From a virus (taxonomy: Duplodnaviria > Caudoviricetes): DNA of 43,018 nucleotides. The stretch is from IMG/VR virus record IMGVR_UViG_3300003888_000068, positions 1 to 43,018 of that record; one strand, 5' to 3'. A program made the position numbers and the translations under genes. A model generated the notes under the pieces. That model was not told where the DNA came from and did no database searches. It saw nothing but the letters and a program-made list of their open reading frames with translations. Below are positions 25,886 through 34,734 of this stretch, one piece after another; positions within the stretch are counted from its first letter, which is position 1; every line of letters begins with the position of its first letter.

Positions 25886-26056
25886 ATGATTGCAAAGCGA
25901 AGCGATACGGCACTGACGGTTCGACTCCCTGAAGGTCTGCTCCAGCGAGTTCGGGAAGAGGCGGCCAAGAACGGCCGAAGTGGAAATTCCGAGATCGTCA
26001 TTCGGCTGAAAGAGAGCCTGGAAAGCGACAAGCGGTCCCGCCGCAAGGCTGCATAA
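25886..26056 (+). CDS. Arc-like ribbon-helix-helix protein (Cro position), 56 aa, absent from the ORF track
   Basis: Hand translation: MIAKRSDTALTVRLPEGLLQRVREEAAKNGRSGNSEIVIRLKESLESDKRSRRKAA*. Confidence 0.85.
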   Translation: MIAKRSDTALTVRLPEGLLQRVREEAAKNGRSGNSEIVIRLKESLESDKRSRRKAA

Positions 26057-26164
26057 AACTCCGCCCTCCACCCGTTGGCGCGGGGGAGGGCGGCGCGGCT
26101 AGGGCACCGCAGACTGGCGTTTGAAGTGTCCCAAGCCGCGCTAATCACCCATAGGTGAAAAAGC

Positions 26165-26674
26165 ATGGCGAATTCACACAATCCCCGCGGCTCCCGCCGC
26201 GGCCAGGCACTCCCCCCTTCCGTGATGAAGGCGGCCCACGACCTGCTGCTGGCCTTTGGCGCCGGCAACCTGTCGGCCCTCACCGGCACCCCGGTGGGCA
26301 CCCTCTACAACAAGGTCACGGACAGCCCCGAGAACAACAACAAGCCGACCCTGGCCGAGGGGGTGGTGTGGAGCACCCTGGCCCATGCCCAGGGCGTGCC
26401 CGACCCCTGGCGCATCGTCCATGCCTTCTGCCGCGCCTGCGGCGGCGTCTTCGTTCCCCTGCACGGCCTGGCCCATACCTCCGACGAGGCACTGCTGGAT
26501 TTGATCCTGCGGCGCGGCAAGGAACAGGGCGACTTCGACGCGGCCCTGGCCAAGGCGCTGGAGGACGGCCGCATCTGCGACGACGACTTCGACCTGCTGC
26601 ACCGGGAGGGCTACGAGGTGATCACCGCTTTCCTGGAACTGCTCTCCCGCCTGGAGGCAATGGCCCATGACTGA
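26165..26674 (+). CDS. Phage regulatory protein, CII-like (186/P2-type)
   Basis: GTLYNKV...KPTLAE...GGVFVPL...ALEDGRI pattern; second gene of the early operon. Confidence 0.7.
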   Translation: MANSHNPRGSRRGQALPPSVMKAAHDLLLAFGAGNLSALTGTPVGTLYNKVTDSPENNNKPTLAEGVVWSTLAHAQGVPDPWRIVHAFCRACGGVFVPLHGLAHTSDEALLDLILRRGKEQGDFDAALAKALEDGRICDDDFDLLHREGYEVITAFLELLSRLEAMAHD

Positions 26675-26828
26675 GCCGCGCCGCCGGGAGCTGCTGCCCG
26701 ATTTCTCCTTCACCACTGAGGACGACCCGCTGCCCGTTCCCTCCCTGCGGGATTGGCTGGTCGCCTTGCTGGCAGTGGTGCTTTTTCTTCTGTTCCAGGC
26801 GGTGACCGACCCCGCCGCCCGGTTCTGA
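26667..26828 (+). CDS. Small membrane protein (53 aa)
   Basis: Coupled start; WLVALLAVVLFLLF hydrophobic segment. Confidence 0.55.
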   Translation: MTEPRRRELLPDFSFTTEDDPLPVPSLRDWLVALLAVVLFLLFQAVTDPAARF

Positions 26829-26853
26829 GCCCCCAGGGTCACAGGAGCGAACG

Positions 26854-27531
26854 ATGAACCGTTATCTGACCGAGGAGGAGCAGGCACGCCTGCTCACCCT
26901 GCTGCGCAAGGAGGGCGCCGTCTGCCTGCTTGCCCGGCGGGACGATGCCGTATGCCGGGCCCTGATCAACAGCGGCGCCCGGATCCATGAATTCAGCCTG
27001 GTCACCGTGGGCGACACCCTGGCGGCCCTGCGCAGCGGCTACCTGTTCGTGCCGCGGGAACACCGCAAGGGCTACAGCGCCGGCCGGGCCAAGGATCACA
27101 GCGTCTACCTGACCAAACCCCTGCGGGAAGCCCTGGAGGACCTGCTGAAGGTTCGCGCCCTGATGACGGGAGGCGAAGACGGCCGGGCGGAAGACCCCCT
27201 GGTGATCGGCCGGGAAGGCCGCCGCCTCTCGGTGCGCAGCTACCAGGCCCGCATGAAGAAGTGGGGCGCCCAGGCCGGCCTGCCGCCCCGCTTCAGCCCC
27301 CACTGGCTGCGCCACACCCTGGCCATGAATCTCAAGCGCCGCAGCACGGCCCCCGACCCCCGGGGGGTGCTGAAGGCGGCCCTGGGCCATGCGGACATCC
27401 GCTCCGGCGGCATCTACATGACCACCTCCCGGGAGGAAGTGGAAGAAGCCCTGCGCCAGGCCGCCGGCAAGGGCCGCCGCCGCATGAGAATCCGGGCCCT
27501 GCGCCGGGAATTTGAGGGGAGGGCGGGGTGA
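26854..27531 (+). CDS. Tyrosine recombinase, catalytic domain only
   Basis: SGARIHE (R), HWLRHT (HxxR), LGH and GIY (Y); 225 aa; AGGAG SD. Confidence 0.85.
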   Translation: MNRYLTEEEQARLLTLLRKEGAVCLLARRDDAVCRALINSGARIHEFSLVTVGDTLAALRSGYLFVPREHRKGYSAGRAKDHSVYLTKPLREALEDLLKVRALMTGGEDGRAEDPLVIGREGRRLSVRSYQARMKKWGAQAGLPPRFSPHWLRHTLAMNLKRRSTAPDPRGVLKAALGHADIRSGGIYMTTSREEVEEALRQAAGKGRRRMRIRALRREFEGRAG

Positions 27532-27803
27532 TGGAAAAGCAATTTCAACGGGAAGAGAGCTACGCCACAGAAATCACCGTGTGTGGTGTTGATTTCCGGG
27601 TTTCCCATTGGGAAAAACCAGATGGTGAGCTAGTCGCATATTTCGGTGCGATGGTCGGCGGATTGAGCAACATTGGAATTTGGCCGAGCGCGGAAGAGCT
27701 TCGCAATCTCGCTCACATGTTGGCTGCTGCCGCCTATGACATCGAAGCCCACGCCGCCTTCATCAAGGCCCGGGACGAAGCCAAAGCCGGGGAGGCTGCG
27801 TGA
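27528..27803 (+). CDS. Hypothetical protein
   Basis: Coupled ORF in the early operon. Confidence 0.6.
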   Translation: MMEKQFQREESYATEITVCGVDFRVSHWEKPDGELVAYFGAMVGGLSNIGIWPSAEELRNLAHMLAAAAYDIEAHAAFIKARDEAKAGEAA

Positions 27804-28096
27804 TGGTCGCCCAGGTCATCCCCTTCCCTAGCCGCCAGGGGGCCGTGCGTCGCAATAGCCTGGCGGCCCGAGCCATCTCCCTCTTCATCCCCACCACCTA
27901 CTACCGCGTCCCCGACCCGGTGCTGGAAGAGCTGAAGCTGGCCCACCAGATCATCCTCCACGGCCTCTCCATCATGACCATGGAGCAGAAGCTGCGCTGG
28001 GGCGAGATGAACGAAGGGGCGGGCATCCCCTGCGAGGGCATCACCCGGCACCACGAGCGCCGGGCCGTCATTCTCGACGCCGAGGCCCGGACATGA
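27800..28096 (+). CDS. Hypothetical protein
   Basis: Coupled ORF; AQVIPFP N-terminus common in phage early genes. Confidence 0.65.
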   Translation: MMVAQVIPFPSRQGAVRRNSLAARAISLFIPTTYYRVPDPVLEELKLAHQIILHGLSIMTMEQKLRWGEMNEGAGIPCEGITRHHERRAVILDAEART

Positions 28097-28290
28097 CCGC
28101 CCCCCGCACCCCCCAGGAGCATTTCGAGGCCGCCCGGAAGATCGCCCAGGAGCACGGCATGTTCGTGGTGGACAAGGGCGACCGCTTCCTCCTCTTCCGC
28201 CGCAACGTCCCGCGCAACGTCTTCCTGGGCAAGCGTTCCGACCCGGCCGCCCTGCGCCGCCTGGTCTGCAAGATCGCGGGGAAGCACTGA
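28093..28290 (+). CDS. Hypothetical protein
   Basis: ATGA-coupled ORF. Confidence 0.6.
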   Translation: MTAPRTPQEHFEAARKIAQEHGMFVVDKGDRFLLFRRNVPRNVFLGKRSDPAALRRLVCKIAGKH

Positions 28291-28751
28291 TGGCCAGGAA
28301 ACGCTGCGTCCGCCCCGTGGGCACCATCCTCATGCCCAACCAGGTCACCGAGCTGCTGCTGCCGGCCCACATGGCGGTGGCCAACCTGGGCCACGGCTGC
28401 TTCTCCGCCGCCAACTGGCAGGACCTGGCGGCCTTTTCCGACGTGGTGCAGCTGCTGGCCGCCGATGCCGGCCGGCAGGACATCGTGAACCACGGCATGG
28501 GCATGAACCGCACCCTTCTCGCCATCCGCGAACGGCGCCAGCGCAGCAACAAGTGGGGCGCCACCGGCGACGAGCTGCTGGCCCTGCGCCGGCACATCAC
28601 CGCCATGGACGCCTTCTTCCGCCGCCAGACCAGCCACAAGGTCCGCGCCGCCCTGCTGCGCCTGGATGCCGCCCTGGCCCGGGCCGAAGCCGCCGGGCAG
28701 ACCGAAACCCCTCTCGAAGTAGATCCCGCCACCCTGCCCAGGGTGGCTTAA
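28290..28751 (+). CDS. Hypothetical phage protein
   Basis: TGATG-coupled ORF; KWGATGDEL motif. Confidence 0.65.
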   Translation: MARKRCVRPVGTILMPNQVTELLLPAHMAVANLGHGCFSAANWQDLAAFSDVVQLLAADAGRQDIVNHGMGMNRTLLAIRERRQRSNKWGATGDELLALRRHITAMDAFFRRQTSHKVRAALLRLDAALARAEAAGQTETPLEVDPATLPRVA

Positions 28752-28784
28752 CCCTGCAGCACCCTTTCTTTCAAGGAGCGAACC

Positions 28785-29006
28785 ATGAAAGCCAACGTCA
28801 AGATCAACGCCGACTTCATCCTGGCCAAGCGCAAGGCCCTGGGCCAGAACCAATCCGAGTTCTGGAGCGAGTTCGGCCTCACCCAATCCGCCGGCAGCCG
28901 CTACGAATCCGGCCGCAACATCCCGCCCCCCACCCGCAAGCTGATCTACCTGCGCCACGTCGTCGGCCTCACCAAGGCCCAGTCCGAAGCCATTGCACGG
29001 GTTTGA
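28785..29006 (+). CDS. Small XRE-type HTH regulator
   Basis: RKALGQNQSEFWSEFGLTQSAGSRYESGRNIP; AAGGAG SD. Confidence 0.85.
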   Translation: MKANVKINADFILAKRKALGQNQSEFWSEFGLTQSAGSRYESGRNIPPPTRKLIYLRHVVGLTKAQSEAIARV

Positions 29007-29016
29007 GGAGAAGACC

Positions 29017-29337
29017 ATGAGCAAAGTCTTTATCCAAATGGGCAACCGCACCGTCCCTTACCCCTGCAACCAGGCCCCGGTGATCCGCATCTCCATCTCC
29101 GGCGGCAAGGGGGTCGGCAAAACTACCGTCCAGCGCATCGTTGCAGAGGCCCTGCATCAGGCCGGCCTGGAAGTGGCTACCCGCGACGACTTCCGCGAGG
29201 CAATCCAGGCCTACAAGCCCGATGCCAATCCCCCCCGGGAATCTTCCATCCCCGGCTGGATCGCCAGGCTTTCCGCACCGGCCAAGAGCAAGAAGCTGGA
29301 GCGGCGTGGCGTTCTGATCACGACCCGGGAGGACTGA
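29017..29337 (+). CDS. Small protein with a P-loop motif
   Basis: ISISGGKGVGKTT; GAGGAG SD before ATG 29017. Confidence 0.6.
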   Translation: MSKVFIQMGNRTVPYPCNQAPVIRISISGGKGVGKTTVQRIVAEALHQAGLEVATRDDFREAIQAYKPDANPPRESSIPGWIARLSAPAKSKKLERRGVLITTRED

Positions 29338-29339
29338 CC

Positions 29340-29903
29340 ATGAGCGAAGTCACCATCCGCTACTTCGTCGCCGAGGGAGACAAGGCCGAGCGCGTCATCA
29401 AGGAAGGGCTGGAGAAGGTCAATGCCGGACGGGAAAAACGGGCTGCCTTCATGGAGAAGCACGGCGCCGATGGTCTCTTTGAGTACCGCCACCAGCCGCC
29501 CTATGGGCTTTGCTTTAAAGCCGACAAATGCGACGGCGGGAAGAAGCCCGGCTTTTGGTCCCCGAAGCGACTGATTCAGGACGGCACCGCCTACTACGAA
29601 TACAAGTTCAACAAATCCTCCAGGATCGGCAAGGAATTGATCGCGGAGGCCAAGGGCCTGGGCATCTTCGACTTCTCTTCTTTCGCTGTATCCAAGTTCG
29701 CCTGCTCCCGGAACTGCATTGTTAAAGACCCCGGGTCCCGCACCGGGCTGTCTATCTACCGAACCGTTGCCGGGCTCGCCAAGGGGAAACTGGTTTTCAA
29801 AATCCCGGACGATGGGAAAGGGGGCGTTGTCGCCAATCTGTTCCCCCCCGAGTTCCGAGAGCTGAAAAAGAGCGAGTTCATTGCTCTGACCGAGGAGGAC
29901 TGA
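29340..29903 (+). CDS. Hypothetical phage early protein
   Basis: GGAGG SD; C-terminal FKIP...ELKKSEFIAL. Confidence 0.7.
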   Translation: MSEVTIRYFVAEGDKAERVIKEGLEKVNAGREKRAAFMEKHGADGLFEYRHQPPYGLCFKADKCDGGKKPGFWSPKRLIQDGTAYYEYKFNKSSRIGKELIAEAKGLGIFDFSSFAVSKFACSRNCIVKDPGSRTGLSIYRTVAGLAKGKLVFKIPDDGKGGVVANLFPPEFRELKKSEFIALTEED

Positions 29904-29905
29904 CC

Positions 29906-30496
29906 ATGCAAATCCGCCCCGACATCCTCACCGCCAGCGGCGCCTACTTCAACTTCCTGGAGCCCGACCCGGCCACCGTCACGGTGGAGGCCGTGGCCCA
30001 TGCCCTTTCCCACATCTGCCGCTTCGCCGGGCATACCCGCCGCTTCTACTCGGTGGCCCAGCATTGCGTGCTGGCCAGCTACCTGGTGCCCGAGGCGGAC
30101 GCCCGCTGGGCCCTGATGCACGACGCCGCCGAAGCCTTCGTGGGCGACGTGGCCCGGCCCCTCAAGCAGCTGCTGGGCGACTACAAGGCCATCGAAGCCC
30201 GGGCCGAGGCCGCCGTCTTTGCCGCCTTCGGCCTGGAAGGGAGCATGCCCCCCAGCGTCAAGGACGCCGACCTGGTGCTGCTGGCCACCGAGCAGCGGGA
30301 CCTGATGCCCGCCCACGACGACCAATGGGCCCTGATCGAAGGCATCACCCCCATGGACCAGGCCATCGTGCCCTGGGGCCATGACCTGTCCCGCCGCGCC
30401 TTCCTGGACCGCTTCTACGAGCTGTGGCCCGACCGGGAGCCGGCGGTGATTGAGTTCGAACTGAGCGAAAGGAGCCCGTCATGCTCTTCGACCTGA
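29906..30496 (+). CDS. HD-domain 5'-deoxynucleotidase-like (YfbR/YfdR-type) hydrolase
   Basis: AHALSHICRFAGH..FYSVAQH..ALMHDAAEAFVGD..VKDAD. Confidence 0.9.
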   Translation: MQIRPDILTASGAYFNFLEPDPATVTVEAVAHALSHICRFAGHTRRFYSVAQHCVLASYLVPEADARWALMHDAAEAFVGDVARPLKQLLGDYKAIEARAEAAVFAAFGLEGSMPPSVKDADLVLLATEQRDLMPAHDDQWALIEGITPMDQAIVPWGHDLSRRAFLDRFYELWPDREPAVIEFELSERSPSCSST

Positions 30497-30963
30497 TCAA
30501 CGGCGCCTTCGAGACCCTGGCCGGGCTGTTCGTCCTCAACCACTGCCGGGTGCTGGTGAAGGACAAGGCCGTAGCCGGCGTTTCCATCCTCTCCGTGGCC
30601 TTCTTCACCGCCTGGGGCGTCTGGAACCTCTGGTACTACCCGGCCCTGGGCCAGACCGCCAGCTTCATCGGCGGCCTGGTGGTGGTCGCGGCGAACCTGG
30701 TCTATGTGGGGCTGCTGGTGCGGTACAGCCGCGGCATCTACGTGATCCGCCTGCGCCGGCGCCTGGGGTCGGTGGTCTGCTGGTTTCGCGGTCACCAGTA
30801 CAACACCCCGGTGTTTGAATCCAACGTCCTCTACCCCTGCGCCCGATGTGGTCGGGAAATGTTCGACCGTACCTTCGACGACATCGAGCCCCTGAGCGAT
30901 GAACAACTCGAGGAACTTCACCGGGAAATCTCCTGGGAATACGAGGGGGTGCGCCATGGCTGA
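30481..30963 (+). CDS. Three-TM PQ-loop/SemiSWEET-like membrane protein with C-terminal Cys/His motif
   Basis: LVKDKAVAGVSI loop and WNLWYY; CWFRGH...CARCG tail. Confidence 0.55.
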   Translation: MLFDLINGAFETLAGLFVLNHCRVLVKDKAVAGVSILSVAFFTAWGVWNLWYYPALGQTASFIGGLVVVAANLVYVGLLVRYSRGIYVIRLRRRLGSVVCWFRGHQYNTPVFESNVLYPCARCGREMFDRTFDDIEPLSDEQLEELHREISWEYEGVRHG

Positions 30964-31696
30964 GAAGCCCATCATTTTCTCCGCCCCCATGGTCCGGGCA
31001 ATCCTGGGCGGTTCCAAGACGCAGACGCGGCGGGTGGCGGTCAAGACATCCCAGCCGAGAAACGTCTTCATCTCCGATTTCGATGCTGGCGAATGCAAGA
31101 TTGAGATCGAAAACAAGATTTCTGGTACGCGCTCCTGGGAGTCATGCCCCTACGGCCAGCCTGGCGACCGGCTGTGGGTGAGGGAAAACTTCAGCATCGG
31201 TGAAGACCTGGGCGACGGGTGGGAGCCGTGGATGTCTCAAGGCGACCGCTTTCTCCTCCTCGAGGATGGAGGTTCGGATTACAGGGTTCCCGAGGACTAC
31301 CTTATTCCGCGAAACGCCAAGGAAACGCACCACAACGAAGGAACCCCAGAGCATTGGCGCCAGTTCGGCACGATCCCCTCCATTTTCATGCCCCGCTGGG
31401 CCAGCCGCATCCTGCTGGAAATCACCGCCGTCCGGGTGGAGCGCCTGCAGGACATCAGCGGCGCAGCCGCTATCAGCGAAGGCGTGGAAGCCTGGATCGA
31501 GGCCGGCGGCGAAGTGAAAGCTCCCTATCCCGGGTTCGACGGACAGTACCCGGGTGAGGAAGGAACCATTCTGGCCTCCCCCGCCCGCATCGCCTTCTAC
31601 TCCATGTGGGAATCCATCAACGGCCCCGCCAGCTGGGCCGCCAACCCCTGGGTCTGGGTGATCGAGTTCAAGCGTGTGGAGGTGGCCCATGGCTGA
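30956..31696 (+). CDS. ASCH/PUA-like phage protein
   Basis: PIIFSAPMVRAILGGSKTQTRR, CPYGQPGDRLWVRE, PSIFMPRWASRI and NPWVWVIEF motifs. Confidence 0.8.
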   Translation: MAEKPIIFSAPMVRAILGGSKTQTRRVAVKTSQPRNVFISDFDAGECKIEIENKISGTRSWESCPYGQPGDRLWVRENFSIGEDLGDGWEPWMSQGDRFLLLEDGGSDYRVPEDYLIPRNAKETHHNEGTPEHWRQFGTIPSIFMPRWASRILLEITAVRVERLQDISGAAAISEGVEAWIEAGGEVKAPYPGFDGQYPGEEGTILASPARIAFYSMWESINGPASWAANPWVWVIEFKRVEVAHG

Positions 31697-32444
31697 CGTC
31701 ACCGAACGCGACCTCCGCATGCCCGAGTTCCGGGACGCCAAACTGGAAGACCTGGAATTCCGTGCGGACGGGAAGATCGTGCGCAAGGACCGCTGGGAAA
31801 CCGCCATCGACAGCATCCGTAACGCCCTGGGTGATTCCCGCCGGAATTTCGAGGTGGCAGACGTGGTTCAGGCGGTGAAGGCCCTGGTGGAAAGCATGCC
31901 GGATCACCCGGAACTCACCGCCTGGGGTTGGATGAACCACTACTCCCCACTGTTCCTCGACACCGAAACCACGGGCCTGGGCGACACCGACCAGGTGATA
32001 GAGCTGTCGGTGGTGGACGAAAACGGGGAGGTGCTTTTCTCCGAAGTGATCCGCCCAACTGTGCCGGTGCACCCGGAGGCTGCCGCGGTGCATGGCATTC
32101 CGGAGGAGACCATCGAAGCTGCTCTGTACTGGAATTCGTACTACGACTTTTTGGCAAATCTGCTCCAGGGCCGCCTGGTGATCTGCCACAACGCCGCCTT
32201 CGACCGCCGCCTGCTGGACCAGACCTGCGCCGCCCATGGGCTTGAGCCCATCACGGCGGAGTGGGGCTGCACCCAGGACCTGCTCCTTCCCCTCAACGAC
32301 GGCCGACGCCCGAACCTCTACCGGGCCGCCGAGATTGCCGACGTTGAAATCGACCCCACCCGGCAGCACCGCTCCGAATACGACGCCGACGTAGTGCGCC
32401 GCATCGTGCTGGCGCTGGCCACCCGATACGAGGAATCGCAATGA
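31689..32444 (+). CDS. DEDDh 3'-5' exonuclease (DnaQ-like) with N-terminal extension
   Basis: LDTETTG, HNAAFD and HRSEYD motifs. Confidence 0.9.
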   Translation: MADVTERDLRMPEFRDAKLEDLEFRADGKIVRKDRWETAIDSIRNALGDSRRNFEVADVVQAVKALVESMPDHPELTAWGWMNHYSPLFLDTETTGLGDTDQVIELSVVDENGEVLFSEVIRPTVPVHPEAAAVHGIPEETIEAALYWNSYYDFLANLLQGRLVICHNAAFDRRLLDQTCAAHGLEPITAEWGCTQDLLLPLNDGRRPNLYRAAEIADVEIDPTRQHRSEYDADVVRRIVLALATRYEESQ

Positions 32445-32803
32445 CCGACCAGAACAACCCCCCGGCCACCGTCGCCGGCGATACCGGAGCCGAAGCCGGC
32501 CAGGTGGCCTCTATCAAGCGCACCGTCCGGTTGACCATTGAGAAGGAAATCGAAATCGAGCTGACGCCGGCCGTATTCGGCGGAATGAGCATCGAGGCGT
32601 ACCTGGCCGAGTTCCGCAAGAGCCTGTGGCACGTGGACACCATCGATGACGTCGTGAAGTACGCGGCCCGCCTTGCGGCAACTGGCGGCCGTGGCTACCA
32701 CCACGACGGCCTCGGGCTTCTCGACGATATCGACATCCCGCGACAGCCTGACGTTCGCTTCCGGGAAATCGACGAAAACATCGAGACTGAGGTGACCCAA
32801 TGA
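32441..32803 (+). CDS. Hypothetical protein
   Basis: ATGA-coupled at both ends. Confidence 0.65.
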   Translation: MTDQNNPPATVAGDTGAEAGQVASIKRTVRLTIEKEIEIELTPAVFGGMSIEAYLAEFRKSLWHVDTIDDVVKYAARLAATGGRGYHHDGLGLLDDIDIPRQPDVRFREIDENIETEVTQ

Positions 32804-34734
32804 CCTCCCCCCACCGCAACCCCGACGATGTGCGGGAAATCCGTCACTTCCACCTTTTCTGCGGCCTGGGCGGTGGCGCCAAGGGGTTCAACCAGGCCCA
32901 GCCCCGGGTGGGCAACATGGTCGGCAAGTTCCGCTGCATCGGCGGCGTGGACGTGGACCCGGCCGCCATCCGTGACTTCCGGCGCCTCACCGGCCACCCG
33001 GGCACGGTGCTGGACCTCTTCGACCGGAGCCAGTACCAGGCCTTCCATGGCCAGGAGCCGCCGGCCGGCTGGCAGGAGATGGGCCCGGCCGAGATCCGCG
33101 CCGCCGCCGGCGGGGAATTCCCCCACATCGTCTTCCTCTCCGCCCCCTGCAAGGGCTTCTCCGGCCTGCTTTCGGAGAACCGCAGCCGCACCGACAAGTA
33201 CCAGGCCCTCAACCGCCTCACCCTGCGGGGCGTGTGGCTGATGCTGGAGGCCTTCCGGGACGAGCCGCCGGAGCTGATCGTCTTCGAGAACGTGCCGCGC
33301 ATCGCCAACCGTGGCCGGCATCTGCTGGACCAGATCGTTGATCTGCTGCGGGCCTACGGCTACGCGGTGGCCGAGACCACCCACGACTGCGGGGAAATCG
33401 GTGGCCTGGCCCAGAGCCGCAAGCGCTTCCTGCTGGTGGCCCGCCATCTGGCCAAGGTGCCACCCTTCCTCTACGAGCCCGAGAAGAAGCGCCTGCAGGC
33501 GGTGGGAACGGTGCTGGACCGCATGCCCCTGCCCGGGGCGACGGCCGGCGGCCCCATGCACCGGGTGCCCCGGCTGCAATGGCAGACCTGGGTGCGCCTG
33601 GCCTTCGTGGAGGCCGGCAGCGACTGGCGCAGCCTCAACCGCCTGGCGGTGGAGGATGGCTACCTGCGGGACTTCCTGATCATGCCGCAGTACCGCGAGG
33701 GGACTGGATTCCTTGGCGTCCGTCAGTGGGACGAAGCCATGGGAACGATCCAAGGCCGATCACTTCCTACCAACGGCGCCTTCTCCGTGGCCGACCCGCG
33801 CTACCAGGGCCATGAGTACCAGCAGTACGGCATCCGCCGCTGGGAAGATAGCGTGGGCGCCATCAGCAGCCAGTCCGCCCCCGGCGGCGGCGCCTACTCG
33901 GTGGCGGATCCGCGCACCGGGGTGAAGCACAACAACTGCTTCCGCATCGTGGCCATGGACCAGGCTGCCGGCACTGTTACCGGCGGCACCGGGCCCAGCG
34001 CCGGTGGGCAGGGGGTAGCCGACCCGCGGCCCGGCCTCAAGAGCAGCGCCCACCAGAACCTGTACCGGGTCACCGACTGGGATCAGCACGGCCGCACCGT
34101 CGCTGGTGCCAGCCATGTAGCCGGTGGGGCTCTTTCCGTGGCCGACCCCCGGGGCGGCCCAGATCCCGACCTGCTGCACGGCAAATACCCGGTTTCCGGC
34201 TGGGGCGACCCGTCCCGCACCGTGATCGCCGGCAACGCCAACGGCGCCTACGCCGTCGCCGACCCCCGCCCGGGCCTGGCCCGGGGCAAGGGCGACCACT
34301 ACCTGACGGCCGGCCACTTCGGCGTGGTGGACTACGCCAGCCCGGCCGGGGCCGTCTCCGCCGCCGCCGGCCATGACAACGGCCGCTGGAGCGTGGCCGA
34401 CCCCCGGCTTCCGGCCGCCACCGACAAGCTGGTGTGCGTCATCCGCGCCCTGGACGGCACCTGGCACCGCCCCTTCACCACCCTGGAACTGGCCGCCCTG
34501 CAGTCCCTGGTGGAGCCGGAAGAGCAGCTGGAGCTGGATGGCCTCTCGGACAGCGACTGGCGGGAACGCATCGGCAACGCCGTCCCCCCGGCCGCCGCCC
34601 AGGCCATCGCCGAAGTGATGGGCACCACCCTCCTGCTGGCCTGGTCCGGGGAAACCTTCCTCCTCTCGGCCACCCCCATCTGGGTGCGGCCGGTGGCGGT
34701 GGCGCTGACGGTGGCGCAGGGGGGGCAGTCATGA
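32800..34734 (+). CDS. C5-cytosine DNA methyltransferase with repeated variable region
   Basis: Motif I LFCGLGG, IV SAPCKGFS, VI ENV, VIII QSRKR, IX RPFTTLELAALQ and X IGNAVPP; six VADPR-ending repeats between VIII and IX. Confidence 0.92.
   Translation: MTSPHRNPDDVREIRHFHLFCGLGGGAKGFNQAQPRVGNMVGKFRCIGGVDVDPAAIRDFRRLTGHPGTVLDLFDRSQYQAFHGQEPPAGWQEMGPAEIRAAAGGEFPHIVFLSAPCKGFSGLLSENRSRTDKYQALNRLTLRGVWLMLEAFRDEPPELIVFENVPRIANRGRHLLDQIVDLLRAYGYAVAETTHDCGEIGGLAQSRKRFLLVARHLAKVPPFLYEPEKKRLQAVGTVLDRMPLPGATAGGPMHRVPRLQWQTWVRLAFVEAGSDWRSLNRLAVEDGYLRDFLIMPQYREGTGFLGVRQWDEAMGTIQGRSLPTNGAFSVADPRYQGHEYQQYGIRRWEDSVGAISSQSAPGGGAYSVADPRTGVKHNNCFRIVAMDQAAGTVTGGTGPSAGGQGVADPRPGLKSSAHQNLYRVTDWDQHGRTVAGASHVAGGALSVADPRGGPDPDLLHGKYPVSGWGDPSRTVIAGNANGAYAVADPRPGLARGKGDHYLTAGHFGVVDYASPAGAVSAAAGHDNGRWSVADPRLPAATDKLVCVIRALDGTWHRPFTTLELAALQSLVEPEEQLELDGLSDSDWRERIGNAVPPAAAQAIAEVMGTTLLLAWSGETFLLSATPIWVRPVAVALTVAQGGQS

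Noticed and set aside
29906-30496. DatZ of a 2-aminoadenine (Z-genome) pathway
   Set aside because: No PurZ-like gene or phage DNA polymerase in the window.
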